Assembly: GCA_043228905.1 (NCBI GenBank)
Contig: JBHGNT010000003.1
Span: 3,596,001-3,660,000, forward strand
DNA length: 64,000 nt
DNA from: Azolla caroliniana
Lineage: Eukaryota; Plantae; Polypodiophyta
Reading direction: 5' to 3'
The translations under genes were made by a program, and so were the position numbers. Positions 21,754 through 33,638 of the stretch are shown in pieces. The notes beneath the pieces were generated by a model. It was given only the letters and a program-made list of their open reading frames with translations, did no database searches and was not told the DNA's origin. The stretch's first letter is position 1; each line of letters starts with the position of its first letter.

Positions 21754-22505
21754 AACAAATGCATTCTCCCCTTACACATTCTTTTTATGTTTATGGACCT
21801 CTCGTAGTGAAATGCAAATTTTGAACTCAATGTGACTCGTTTGTCAGGGTCTTTTGCAAGGCATTTTGTGATCTTAGACTAGGGAGAGATCAATGGGATT
21901 AAGGAAGTGAGGAAGAAAAGAACCTCGGTAATTGTAATCACTTTTAAATATAAAGTAGAAATATGGTTTGGGTTCATTCATGTGTGTGTATCACCAATAG
22001 CATCATCATTCTAATATCATTTTTTTGACCCTCTATCTCCATTTATGAATAGAGACCCAACACTTTTCAACACACATGTAACACACTTCACAACAACTGT
22101 CTTTGTCACATGTATCGGCTTTCCTTGAAAACTTTGTGTAAACAGTATTCCGTGCTTATCAAAATTTCACAACTAATGCTTCACTGCAAAAAGGAAACAT
22201 TAGTATAATAAAAAAGTGAACAGTAATAAAAAAAAAGTGAACATCATCAACATTTCTCAATATAACAAGAATTTACTAAATGTTTGTGAGCTATTGATTT
22301 AAATTAAGATACCAAGTAAGCTAGATTTGAACTATGATGACTACCCCAAGTTGTCATAGGATATTACCTATGAACTTAATGCTTGCAATAAATAAAACTA
22401 TTCTTAAAATTCATGAAAAAATGTTGATATAACAGAACATTAAAATCACAAATTTATCATCATTGTCAATTTTATGTTTTGTGCATTCTTTTGAGGGGAG
22501 TTGTT

Positions 22506-24827
22506 TTTTTTTTTTTTTTCCAAAAAACATCTACTTCTATTAGTTAAGAATGTACAAAGGAATCATTTACAACTCATATCTTACAAGACATCTTGCATGT
22601 CAAAGGAAAACAATGTGTAGATGAAACAACATAAAAAAACAACTCCAAAACACCACACCATTCTATGTGTATAACATTACTCGAACACATAATCTCCACG
22701 TGAGCCTCATACAAAACAGAATTCAGCATAGATGTCCTCCATTCGCTCCTCATGGCATCACCCATCTAGATGTTAGGAACACTTGGAGGGAACAACCACC
22801 ACGGTGGTTGATAATTCCACTTCACTTTACCATCCATTATCTGCAGCATCGACGAACCGCTCCATTTCCGAAGGAATCAAGCTCTAGCTTCTTCACTCAC
22901 CTCGCAACGTAGAAATAAGATTAAACCAGATCATCATTAAATTCTCAGCCGGTGGGGTTCGTTTACCTGCGAGGGTCTCCTTGCACCGAGATACCCACAC
23001 TTGCCAGACCGTAAGGCCGACCACTAATACCCATATGTCCACGTAGCGTTCCTGTAAGAAGAATAAACCTCCTTGCGTTGCTAGTTGCACAGATCCTTGC
23101 TTCACCATTAAAGAAGGACTGTTTCCATTCCACCCTTGAAACCACGAGGCCAATTTAGTGGCCAGCCAAGTGATTGCTGCGCTCGATACATGAACCTCAA
23201 CCCCAAAACGAGCCAAGATTCTTAAGCTCCTTAGCCAGATTTCTTGCGCTCGTGGGCAGCACCACAAACAATGAGCGATGTCCTCCACGCTCACACTACA
23301 CGCCTTGCAACCACTCATGCCGCCTCTATTCCCAAGCCACTCTCCCGTTGGAACAGCCCGGTGGGTGATTAACCAGAAAAACACTTTGATCCGCTCGGGA
23401 AGGGATGAGTTCCATATCTTGCTCATGGTTCTATCCACGAAGACTGAATCGATAGCTGCATGGGTTCACTTGTTGGCACATTTCTCACGATACGAACCTA
23501 ACTTTCTCCCCAAGCGCGTCGAGTATTCGAAGAAACCTAGTGATTTAGCTTGTTCTCCCTTCCACCTATATTCAGCGGGATCCCATTCTACGCACTAGAG
23601 AGGCTTACCTTCAACCACGTACAAGATCCAAGCCTCCTCGACCTCTTCGACTGGTGGATTCACCTTCCATTTCTTTTCGTGTCTTGCCACAATTCTAATA
23701 GGGTACCAGCCTGCACTTTCATCTACTAATCCCATCAGGACGGTCTTCCCACTCTTTCCTAGACCCCTGACATTGATAATATTTCCGGTACCATCACATT
23801 GTCCAAACCATTCACCCTCTTCCTCATTACCAATAGGAAGCGAGGAGACAACTATATTGACTACGTCAATCATCTTTCTGCCATTTCTGACCTTTCCCAT
23901 GTCTTCATATAATTGATCACGATTATTGCCGGACAACCGCAACCAATCAGCCACTGAGTGTATCCCTAGACAATGCAATATAGCCCATGGCATGCGCTTG
24001 CTTTGTCCAAGCATCATTCCTTCTGGCGATTGCACGGTCTCGTTCCACAATAGGGGTTGGCGCATCCATTCAGCACTAGTACTTGGACGATTCCGACTTA
24101 GATGCCCACGAAGCATACTCCACGCCTGCATCACTGACATACAAGTACGATCAGCCAATCGGTTAGATTTCCTCAATTTTAAGTCCATGCGAAAAGGCCA
24201 CGCTTTGTGTGACTTCCATTGCCCACCCAGTCTTGGACTCCATAGAATGCTCCTATTATGTATCAATGTTTTCCATAACTCATCACCGGGTAGCAAGCTT
24301 CTTACCAATATCTTACATAACAATGCCTGACTCTGCAATCCAGGGTCAACCAATCCTAAACCCCCCTTACTCTTGGGAAGAATCAATGTAGACCATGATA
24401 CTTTGGCTGCTGCATTGTCTTTCCTCATCCCAGCCCAAAGAAATCCCCTAATACACGCTTTAACAGTACGAATAGCTTGCTTGTCAAACATCCACACTGA
24501 AACTGCATGCCATAATGTGGACAAAAGCACATGGTTAGCTACTATGATCCTGCCAGCCAATGATAAGTTCATCCCTGACCAGTTGTGAATTTTGTCATAG
24601 ATTTTGCTTTGAATATGTTGCAGCTGAATTCCCTTGTCGATATCTACCCCAATCCACGTTCCCAGATACCTAGTGGCTTCCCCATTTGCAATCCATTTGA
24701 ATTCAACATTTGGCTTCCAAACAGGCTCGGGCTCCAAGCTGATCCAAAAACCCTTGGACTTCTTCCAATTAATGGACGCTCCCGATGCCTTGCAAAAGAG
24801 CTCAATAGCACTCTGTGCCCTCTCAAG
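22506..24827 (-). mobile_element. 5'-truncated L1-clade LINE (RT C-terminus, zf-RVT, poly-A)
   Basis: RYLG, LSLAGRI, LPKSKGGLGL, IWNSSLPERIKVFFWL, CKAC..EDIAHCLWCC; poly-T on plus strand; 21-bp flanking direct repeat ATTCTTTTGAGGGGAGTTGTT at 22485-22505 and 24828-24848. Confidence 0.92.
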
Positions 24828-24950
24828 ATTCTTTTGAGGGGAGTTGTTATGCTTGGTTGAGTAGTCATATATAGAATTTGTTTGGTAGTTGCCTTGTTAC
24901 AACTCAAACTTATTGCATTGAAGAAAAATTCAACAAAACACTTTTTTTTG

Positions 24951-25240
24951 TAGTCCCAATCATGGTATGAACCATACGTACTATACGTGCATTTGCTTCG
25001 CGAATGTTTCAATCATTCGAGTAAGATAAACACCCTCAAAGAATGATAAATACCATACTTTTGGATGAACTGTTTATTATGAGTTAAATAAACCTAGGAA
25101 AAGAAAAAATAGCAAAATAAAACCTTTCAAAAATGGGAAAAAACACAAGAATGTTTCAATAACATTCGCATTCGTTTTCCAACATTGGGAAACGAATGTT
25201 ATGCTAGACAAACACGAATTTTACGCACTATGGGACTCCC
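24951..25240. repeat. Short non-coding interspersed repeat (MITE-like), inverted copy at about 32445-32720
   Basis: ACCATACGTA...GCGAATGTTTCAATCATTC...AAACACCCTCAAAG...ATACCATACTTTTG matches the reverse complement of 32600-32715; short AGTCCCA/TGGGACT inverted ends. Confidence 0.55.
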
Positions 25241-25429
25241 AATGATTTATGTCAATTTTCAATATACAAAAGGTATTTATTTCCAATCTAGGATTGATAT
25301 TGAGAATAAGGGAAAATTCAATTAGAGTTTAGAGAATTGTATGAGTACATGTGGGTGATATTACCTATCCTTTAAAATTAAGGTATGAAATGTACACGAC
25401 ATCTTGAAACACAACACCCCAAACTACAA

Positions 25430-25990
25430 TTGTCACCTAGTAATTGGGATAAATTATATGAAGATGCGAGAAAGTTCAGAAATGGTAGGAAGATGCTTGA
25501 TATAGTCGTTAAAGTTCTTTACTCTGTTCCTATTAGTAATGGGGAAGAGGGTGAATGGTTCGCACAATGTGATGATGCTGGAAAAGTTATCAATGCCAAG
25601 GGTACAGGAAAGAATGGGAAGATCATCCAGTTGGGATCTATAGTTGCAGGTGCTCGTTGGTCCCCGATTAGAATTGTGGCACGAGACAGTAAGAAATGGA
25701 AGGTGAACCCATCAGTCGATGAGGTTGAGGAGGATTGGATCTTGTATATAGTTGAAGGCAAGGAACTTGAGTGTTTAGAATGGGATCCTGCAGAACATAC
25801 GTGGAGGGACGGACATGGTAAATCACGCGGTTTCTTTGACTACTCAACTCGCTTGGGGAGACATTTATGCTTGCATCGGGAGAAGTGTGCCAACAAATGG
25901 AACCATGTAGCTGTCGATTTGGTCTTTGTAGATAAAACCAAGAGCAGGATATGGAACTCTTCCCTCCCCGAGAGGGTCAAGGTGTTTTGA
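25430..25990 (+). mobile_element. Internal L1 ORF2 fragment
   Basis: Highly similar to the minus-strand L1 (RNGRKM, EEGEWF, PIRIVAR..KKWKVNP, IWNSSLPERVKVF); no tail. Confidence 0.85.
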
Positions 25991-26506
25991 CTTTATGTTA
26001 AATGTAAATACAAAACATGAAGTAAGACAAAGATTCCAAAAGCCACAAAAAATGGCCATGTAAAAGCAATTGAATGCTTCTTGACTCATTCATAGTGAAA
26101 TTGTTTTGTTGTTTGACATTTAAAAGCGCATTTTTTTATTAAAAACGCTAATAAAGAAATGAAACAGGAAATCTTGAAAGTCCACAAAAATTGATAGGTG
26201 TGGTGGACCGAGTGGACGAGAAACCTTTATTTTTATAACTAAGTGGGGTCCAAAATGAGAAGAGAGAGAGAGACACACACACACACACACAGAATGTGTT
26301 TGACTTTTGTATTGTTTTGAGAATTGTTATGTTGATCGCCAAACTTAATTTGATTGATGATTATGTCAATGGAAAGTATGTATGGCGAACACTAACATTT
26401 TCATTTATTATTTCCATTTATCATTCATAACTTTCCCTTCACATTCCATTCTTTTCTGTTCTTTCATTCATTCCCTCCACACATTCAATTCATTTTCTTC
26501 CTTTCC

Positions 26507-29500
26507 ATGGAGAAGCCTCACCTCCTCCCACCCCCTCACAAACAAATCCACACGAAGTGGACATTGGAGGAGGTCAGAGAAGCGGTCGAGAAATCCAGAG
26601 AAGCTCTACTGAACCTCAATTCATCCTCAACCTCTCAACAACATCATGCAGCTGCTGATTCTGATGATGTGCTAATTAAGAAGCTCTTCCTAGTCAATGT
26701 TGAGAACCTCTTCCTGATCGATACAACCCAATGGCAGAATGACCGGAACATACGTTATTGTTGGTCATATGGTCCTGAAGAAGAGCATCGACCTTGGGAA
26801 TGGGGGAGCAGAGATATGATGTTCGATTTCAGAGATGGCGCCACTACAAAACAAGAGCGGATGGCCATCGAGGCGCAGCTGTGGAGGAACAGAATTGAAG
26901 CGAGTGCCTGCGACGTCCATCCGATTGTTCATCTGCGGAGATCCATTTGCAGGTAAAAACAGAACACTCTCAAATATTGAAAATCCGATTGATGAGGATA
27001 AACACACACTACACTAACTTACTCTTGCACTGCATTTTGTTTGGCGCAGGAAAGACTACGCTTGTATCCACCATGCGCTCCATGTATGGACGCAAGAGAG
27101 ATAGGTTAAAAGCCCTGTTTACTGGAGAACGCACAAAAGGAATTGAGGTGCAAGCCATCAAAAAAGAGGGAATTAGAGTGTCATTGTGGGACATGGCAGG
27201 CCAGCAAGAGTTTCACGCATTCCACGACTGCATGTTCCCAGACATAGGAACCAGCTCTTATCACTTCCCATCCATGTTCATGTTCGTTTGGAGTGCCATG
27301 GATAGCCAAAGTAACAAAAGAGGACAAAGGAAAAAAGAGACAGACTTCGTCGCAAGCTTTAGGTACTGGCTCAAATTCCTCGCCTCCAAAAGCCCTCAAT
27401 CCATCATTCCTCTCAAAGTAATCCTGGTATTGACAAGAGCAGACCAGATGAAGTCGGTCTCAAGCTCTCTCTCAGATTCGATCAATTCACTTCGATCAGA
27501 ATTCAAAAGGGTGATTGACATTGTCGACTCTCCTTTTGATGTGGATGCAAGAAACAAGGATTCCGTCAAACCTGTAGCAGAGCATATTTTCGACATTGCC
27601 AAGGATGTGCTCCAAGGTATTGAGCTCTACGACCTCTGCACACAAGTAAGCAAAAACCTCTTGAATTATTGGAAGACCACAAATGAACGAATCATTACGT
27701 GGGAGGATTTCAGCAAAATCTGCAATAATGATGACAAAGCTAAATTAAATGCAATCGCCATGTCTTTGAATGAGTTCGGTAACATCATCTACGTAAGTGG
27801 ATTCAAACACATTGTTCTCGATCCCAATTGGTTTTGCAATCAAATTATAGGAAGCCTCATTGGTTTCCCAACATCTGGAGTATCAAAGGATATCGTTGGA
27901 TTTGACAAAGGATGCATGCCTCGACATTTCCTAGAGCAAGAGTTTGAATCCATTGCCAAATGTAATATGAAGGGCTCATTACTAGTAGACTTAATGGAAG
28001 CCATGCACCTATGTTGCACAATCCCCAAAAGATATGCAGATCTCATCTTTATCCCAGCCATATTGCCAAAGGTAGATATTGAACAACCCCAATGGACTCG
28101 AATCAATGATAATGTTACATTTGTGTATATGGGCAGAAGGTTAGAGTGTCAGGACAAAAACCTCACATTTCTTACACCCGGCTTGTTTCCAAGAATTCAG
28201 GCATTATTTAGCAATGCTTTCCAATCTAAGCATGATAATGCTTCCATCACACTCGGCAAAGGTTTCATATCCATTTGTTTTCCAAAGAGCGAGATCATTG
28301 TCATGTTCTGCCAAGCAAAATCAAACCATGTCATAGATGTGCTAATTCGGGCTCAAAATAATACACAGCAAGACATGCTAAGTACCTTAGCTTTTGTGCA
28401 AAAGAGTATCATCAACAACTTGATTACAATATGCGCACAACCTACCGGTTGCCAAGGGGTTAAGTTGATCGAGAGCGTAATCCGGCCTGATTGCTTACTC
28501 TATCCATCAATGGTGCGACGTAGAGAAGATCAATGCGTGAAAGTAACTTATTTGAAGAAGCAATTAACAAAAAAGCTTGAGCAAGGCGAGAAAGAATCAT
28601 ATGATTGGAAACGAACTACAGATATGCCTAATCCTCTATCAAATGATTTAATTGATCTATTGGGGTTAGAGTATTATGGGGAGGTCCTAAAATCATCTAA
28701 GAAATGGTTTGAGGTGGAGGTGGAGAATTCATTGTTGGTGAATGATGAATATGTTGATGAATCTAGGAAATATCAAAGTTATGAAAAAGTGATTATGACT
28801 AGCTTTGAAAATGGCCTCATGCAAGAAGATCAATTAACATTAGAAGAGGCAAGAGAGGTACAGTCTAGTAAGGTTATGGTAAAGTTACTTTTAAGTTTAC
28901 ATCATAAAATGGATGCCACTCACAATGAAGTCCTCAAGTTACACGATAAGATGGATCAAATGATCAAGGAGCTACGTGAAATGCATAGAGAACTTCAAGA
29001 TATGAGGAATGATGTTATCAGCAAGATTGATAATTCTATAAGTAAGCTATTGAAAATGGCTTTAGAAAATGAGGTTGAGAAGCACCTCCCTCGTGTCGCC
29101 CTACTCACATTTAAATTTCCCGAATCCACATTTGAGGGACTTTTGACATGGGTGCCTCGAACACTAGGAGGGCAAATTATAAGAATCCAGTTATACTGTG
29201 AGGATAAAAAATTGCCACACCCAGTGGAAAACCAACATGGCATCACCCTCACCTCTTTGTCAGAGTCTCATTCAGAGTTTTTGGACAAAGCTCTTCCATA
29301 TATCAATGGTTTGTTTCATGTTTTGACTATAGCTGCTAGACTTGGTATTTCCTCTATGGTACCGCTTGCAAGCTCCTTGATTCCTAATTGGACACCCCAC
29401 CTCAAACTAGCAAATCAATATCCTATGATACAAAGTCATTTTGACTCAAAAAAGGATATATTTCTAAGTAAACTAGAGTGTGCTTCCAACGAGTGGCAAA

Positions 29501-29667
29501 AGTGCTTGGCATCCATGTTGGTGAAAAATGGAGGTTTGACAGACGAAAACATAGCTAAGAAGTTCCATCTCAAGCGTACCATCTACGATGAAGGTGATGG
29601 GAGTACTCAAGTTGCCTGGTTATGTAAGTTGCATTGTGAAGGAAAAAGGTCCTTCCCACTAGGCTAA
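26507..29667 (+). CDS. Roco-family (Roc-COR) GTPase, TORNADO1-like, no LRR; exons 26507(or 26835)-26952 and 27050-29667; frame break near 26894
   Basis: Splicing a 97-bp GT-AG intron (26953-27049, branch CACTAAC) builds the P-loop RLFICGDPFAGKTTL. Also ERTKGI (G2), WDMAGQQEF (G3), LTRAD (G4), COR motifs IVLDPNWFC and GRRLEC...PGLFPRIQ, a coiled coil, and a TRN1-like C-terminus (LYCED..PHPVENQHG, VAWLC). Confidence 0.85.
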
Positions 29668-29770
29668 ATTATATCTTGCTACGTGGGTTTAAATAGAAAG
29701 GTCTACTTTCAATATTTCTTGTAAAGTTTTGAATATTCCTCCTATGAACTTAGATGGGCTTTTGCAACTA

Positions 29771-29968
29771 AGAATAAGTGTCTTGTTTTATAACCAATAT
29801 TAATCACGGTTATTGGTGGATTTAAATCAAGTGTACAATGTCTTTCTCTTATTAAATGTGTCTCTTCTAGAATAAGTGTCTTGTTTTATAACCAATATTA
29901 ATCATCGTTATTTGTAGATTTAAATCAAGTGTACAATGTCTTTCTCTTATTAAATGTGTCTCTTCTAG
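29771..29968. repeat. 98-bp tandem duplication downstream of the Roco stop
   Basis: AGAATAAGTGTCTTG...TCTCTTCTAG twice with few mismatches. Confidence 0.9.
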
Positions 29969-32900
29969 GTATGCTGCATCATTTGCCAAATTGTACATCG
30001 TTATCAAGTTTAAACTATCAAGAATGGTTGACAAGTACTCTCGAGTTATCAAAAATAGGGTATTAGACCTCCCTTAACTATCTTGACAAAGAAACTAGTT
30101 TCAACCATAATGTGGCTTAATCTACCACTTAATGAGTTAAACGATGTACATAAGCACATAAAATGAGAAAAAAATGCTTCAATTAGTTAGGAATCCCAAT
30201 CACATACTAGAACATTAGTGAAACCTTGAATTGAAGCTCTCAACACGAATCTCTTTATAAGTGAATGAGAGAAAGATGTGTTGTATAATTGTTTTTGGAG
30301 GTTAAATTGAACTGGTCTAGGACACCCAAAAAGAAAATTAACATAATGTAATACATATGAAAGTGAGTATAACTCTTACGGTTCACGAGCTTTATTATAT
30401 AATGTCAAATTTGAGATTATGATTAAGAGAGAAATTCATGTGCCAAGGATTGGTTTGGTTGAGGATGTTACGGCCCATGCATCTTAGAGATTTATAAACA
30501 CATTGGACTTATTCCTAAAATTTAAACTATTAAAAGCCAATTCTTACATCTCATCATATTCTTACATTATCTTGCATGGGTTACATTGCTCAAATTCTTA
30601 CAGCTCATTCCTAATGTGATATATTACATCCCTAACAAGTCTATAATCCATCGGTCAAATCTTTACTACATTTAATAAAAAGAATCTACTAGCTACTCCA
30701 TCATTTAAGTACAATTATGTATAATAGTATATGTATACCAACATGGGTATATCCCTCAAACACCAAGTTGACATTTCTCCTACAAAATGAGTTGTTTTTC
30801 TTCTTCCAAATAAAGTTAGGAGTGTATGCCCCATACCTCTACCTCTACCTCCTCATTACCATTGCTTGGACCACCAGACACAAACAAATACAGATCAGTT
30901 GAATATCACTCTAACTTATGTAGGCATCATTGTTAAGATAGTTGTTTGTACAACTCTGGCGTCATTTCCATGGTAAATGTGAAACCACTAATACATCAAT
31001 TAACTCTTGGGACAACCAAAAATTTGCCCATTAGAAAATATGAATCACAAGATAGGCAAGATTTTAGCATTCCATCAAGCTCCAAACCTGGCTTTCTTCG
31101 AGTGGCTTTCATCTTTATCAATATCTCTTTTGTCCGTGAACTTGGTACATTCTTCTAAAAATCCACTTTTCCTACCATCATCAAGGATTAACTTTCCCCT
31201 AGCACTCACAGGTTTTAAGCCATTGTTCTTTAACCGAGACACACTTTGTGCCCTAAAAGAATCAATCAAATTTATGCAACAAAACCGAGCATTTGTGCCC
31301 TAACCAAGCATTTGCATAAGGTTTAGGTTTAGGGTTTATTGTTTAAATACACCTACTCACATTATTGTGCACTAGGAGATATTTTACTTTCCTCTTTTCA
31401 AATATATCAATGTAATGATTATGCTCCAAATTATCGTAATATTTTTCTATTTTATAAACTAGTAGAGATTTCCTGTCATCTTGCACAAAGTAGGAGTTCA
31501 AGCTATTAACAAAGACCACTTCTAGTATGCAGGCTAAACAACAGGATCTAATAAATCGGCATATGTGCTCTGTGTCATATTCTTGCCCATTCAACATATA
31601 AAAATTTACCAACACTCATGATTACATATAGAAATGTAATCATTCACTCATGATTACATTGTTCAAACCATTTAGTTTAAGACGGTAGAATAGAATGAGA
31701 TAAAACAATATGGTTTTTTCGAGATATTAGTGGTAAATCTTTCTACTCCCAAATTTCATACACAAGAAACTCAAAATCTTGCACAACCCCATTCTTCTAC
31801 ATGTTTTTGGGTCGTAAACCCTAAACCCTTCAAATTTTCTGCCATTACCATTTTCTGTTGTGTCCTTTTTTTCTTGATTTGTTTGTGGTTTCTGTAAATA
31901 TTTCTAGAAAAAAACATGCTATAGTGTGTTTATGTCTACATATCTTAGGGAATCTTGATCTTCATTTGCTTTAGCCAGCTCTTGCTTCAATGGACGTAAT
32001 TGATCTATAAGTTTTGGTTAATCTGCAATTCAGAATGGTGCTCTTCTAGGAGACAATGAGAACTACTAACATGAACAACCCAATTATAATTTCATGGGGA
32101 AAATCTTTTTATTGACATTTGGTTAATGTGATAACATCCAAGGGGGAGAGTAATTTGTTAGTCTGGAAGCTCCAATGGAACAGAAGAAGAATCGTAATAT
32201 CCTGTCGTAATAGCTTTTATTCACAATCTAGACCATTTTCCCCATCCTTGAATTTGACCATTTTATTCACAACCTAGACTATTCGCAAGCAAAAGAAGAG
32301 TTGCAACTATAGTTAATAATTTTTATTAAATTTATGTTTAGGACTAGGAAAAGAGGTTGGCTCTAGTGATAGGTGTTCCACATTTTAAATATTGACTTTA
32401 TTTGAAATCAAAACCATTTTTTCTTTACTACGTTTCATAATCAAGAGGTTTGGAACATAGTACGTAATACATTCGAGTGCATTGACAAACATTCTTTTTT
32501 ATACAAATGCATATGTTATCAAAGCATTCTTGTGTTTTTTTTAACACTTTTTACCTTGACCTTCTTACCTTGAAAAAAATTTACCTTATAATAAATGATG
32601 AATACAAAAGTATGGTATTGACCATACTTTGAGGGTGTTTACCATACTTGAATGATTGAAACATTCGCAAATGCAAACGCACATATGGTACGTATGGTTA
32701 ATACTATGGTTTGGAATATATATGGATTAAACGGTCTTCTTAACCCAACACCTGAAGTATATTGCATCGGTGTTGAGCTCATACGAGAAGTTTCCTAGTT
32801 GTATATCAAGTGTCAATTTTAGGAGATGATAGTAATCATTGAGATAATTTTGAAAACAAATTCTTGGCATATGCTCATCATGTGAATTGCACAAATAATT

Positions 32901-32970
32901 GCATTGCTATTCCATTGTTGCCTTTTGAAGACAGAAACAAGTGTGATACCTCATTACATGCCTAACACGT

Positions 32971-33595
32971 TGTCGTGAAGAAACCCGTCCACAAGCGGAA
33001 TCGGTGCACTGGAGCGTAGGAACCGGCTCTTCATACACGTGCGCCTTATGTTGTACATAGAAGATCCTCGGTAGGTAGGAAGTTAATAGGAAACGGCTCC
33101 TTCCTTGCCTATAAAAGGAGGGAGACAAGGAGGGGAGAGGCATCGCGGAGAGTCGAGGACGAAGTGCTGTCGGTTTGCGTGCGAAGGCTTCTCTCTCTCT
33201 CTGGTTCGCAAACTCCATAGCTTCCTTCTGTGCCGGTTTCAGGAGGCTCGCGCTGCACTGAGGAACGCCCGAGTGCTTCCGGCAGCACCTCCAACCTGCT
33301 CCTGTCTTTCTGTGTGTTTACGAACAGGCATCGGCATCTATTCGCCGGCCTGTTCGGTTGTAACCGACTTCGTGTTTTTGTTGCTTCCGTGTTCTTGTTG
33401 TTGTCTTTGTTAATACATACATACATTCGTGTCTCTCTGTGTCGTTGTCCCACTCGCGTCTTTGTGTCGAAGGGCCGTGTCCCTGTGAATCTACGTTCGC
33501 ACGTAGTGGGTCTCTTGTCCTTTCTCTCTTGCTCTTCGGTACAGGACCCCTGAGGTCCCGCCTCATTCCACGCATCCGCGAGGAAAACCTCGACA
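32971..33595 (+). repeat. Gypsy-2 5' LTR
   Basis: Direct repeat of 39333-39957 with about 14 substitutions counted by eye. Confidence 0.95.
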
Positions 33596-33638
33596 TCTTG
33601 GTGAACCCAACGTGAAGGAGGCGGCAGAAGAGCAGAAG

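Noticed and set aside
26947-27049. N-terminus MQVKTEHSQ... of the 906-aa ORF
   Set aside because: It is intron sequence; splicing yields the canonical P-loop.
31319-31830. Telomere-like TTTAGGG/AAACCCT motifs
   Set aside because: Only one or two imperfect units at each spot; too short to call an interstitial telomeric array.
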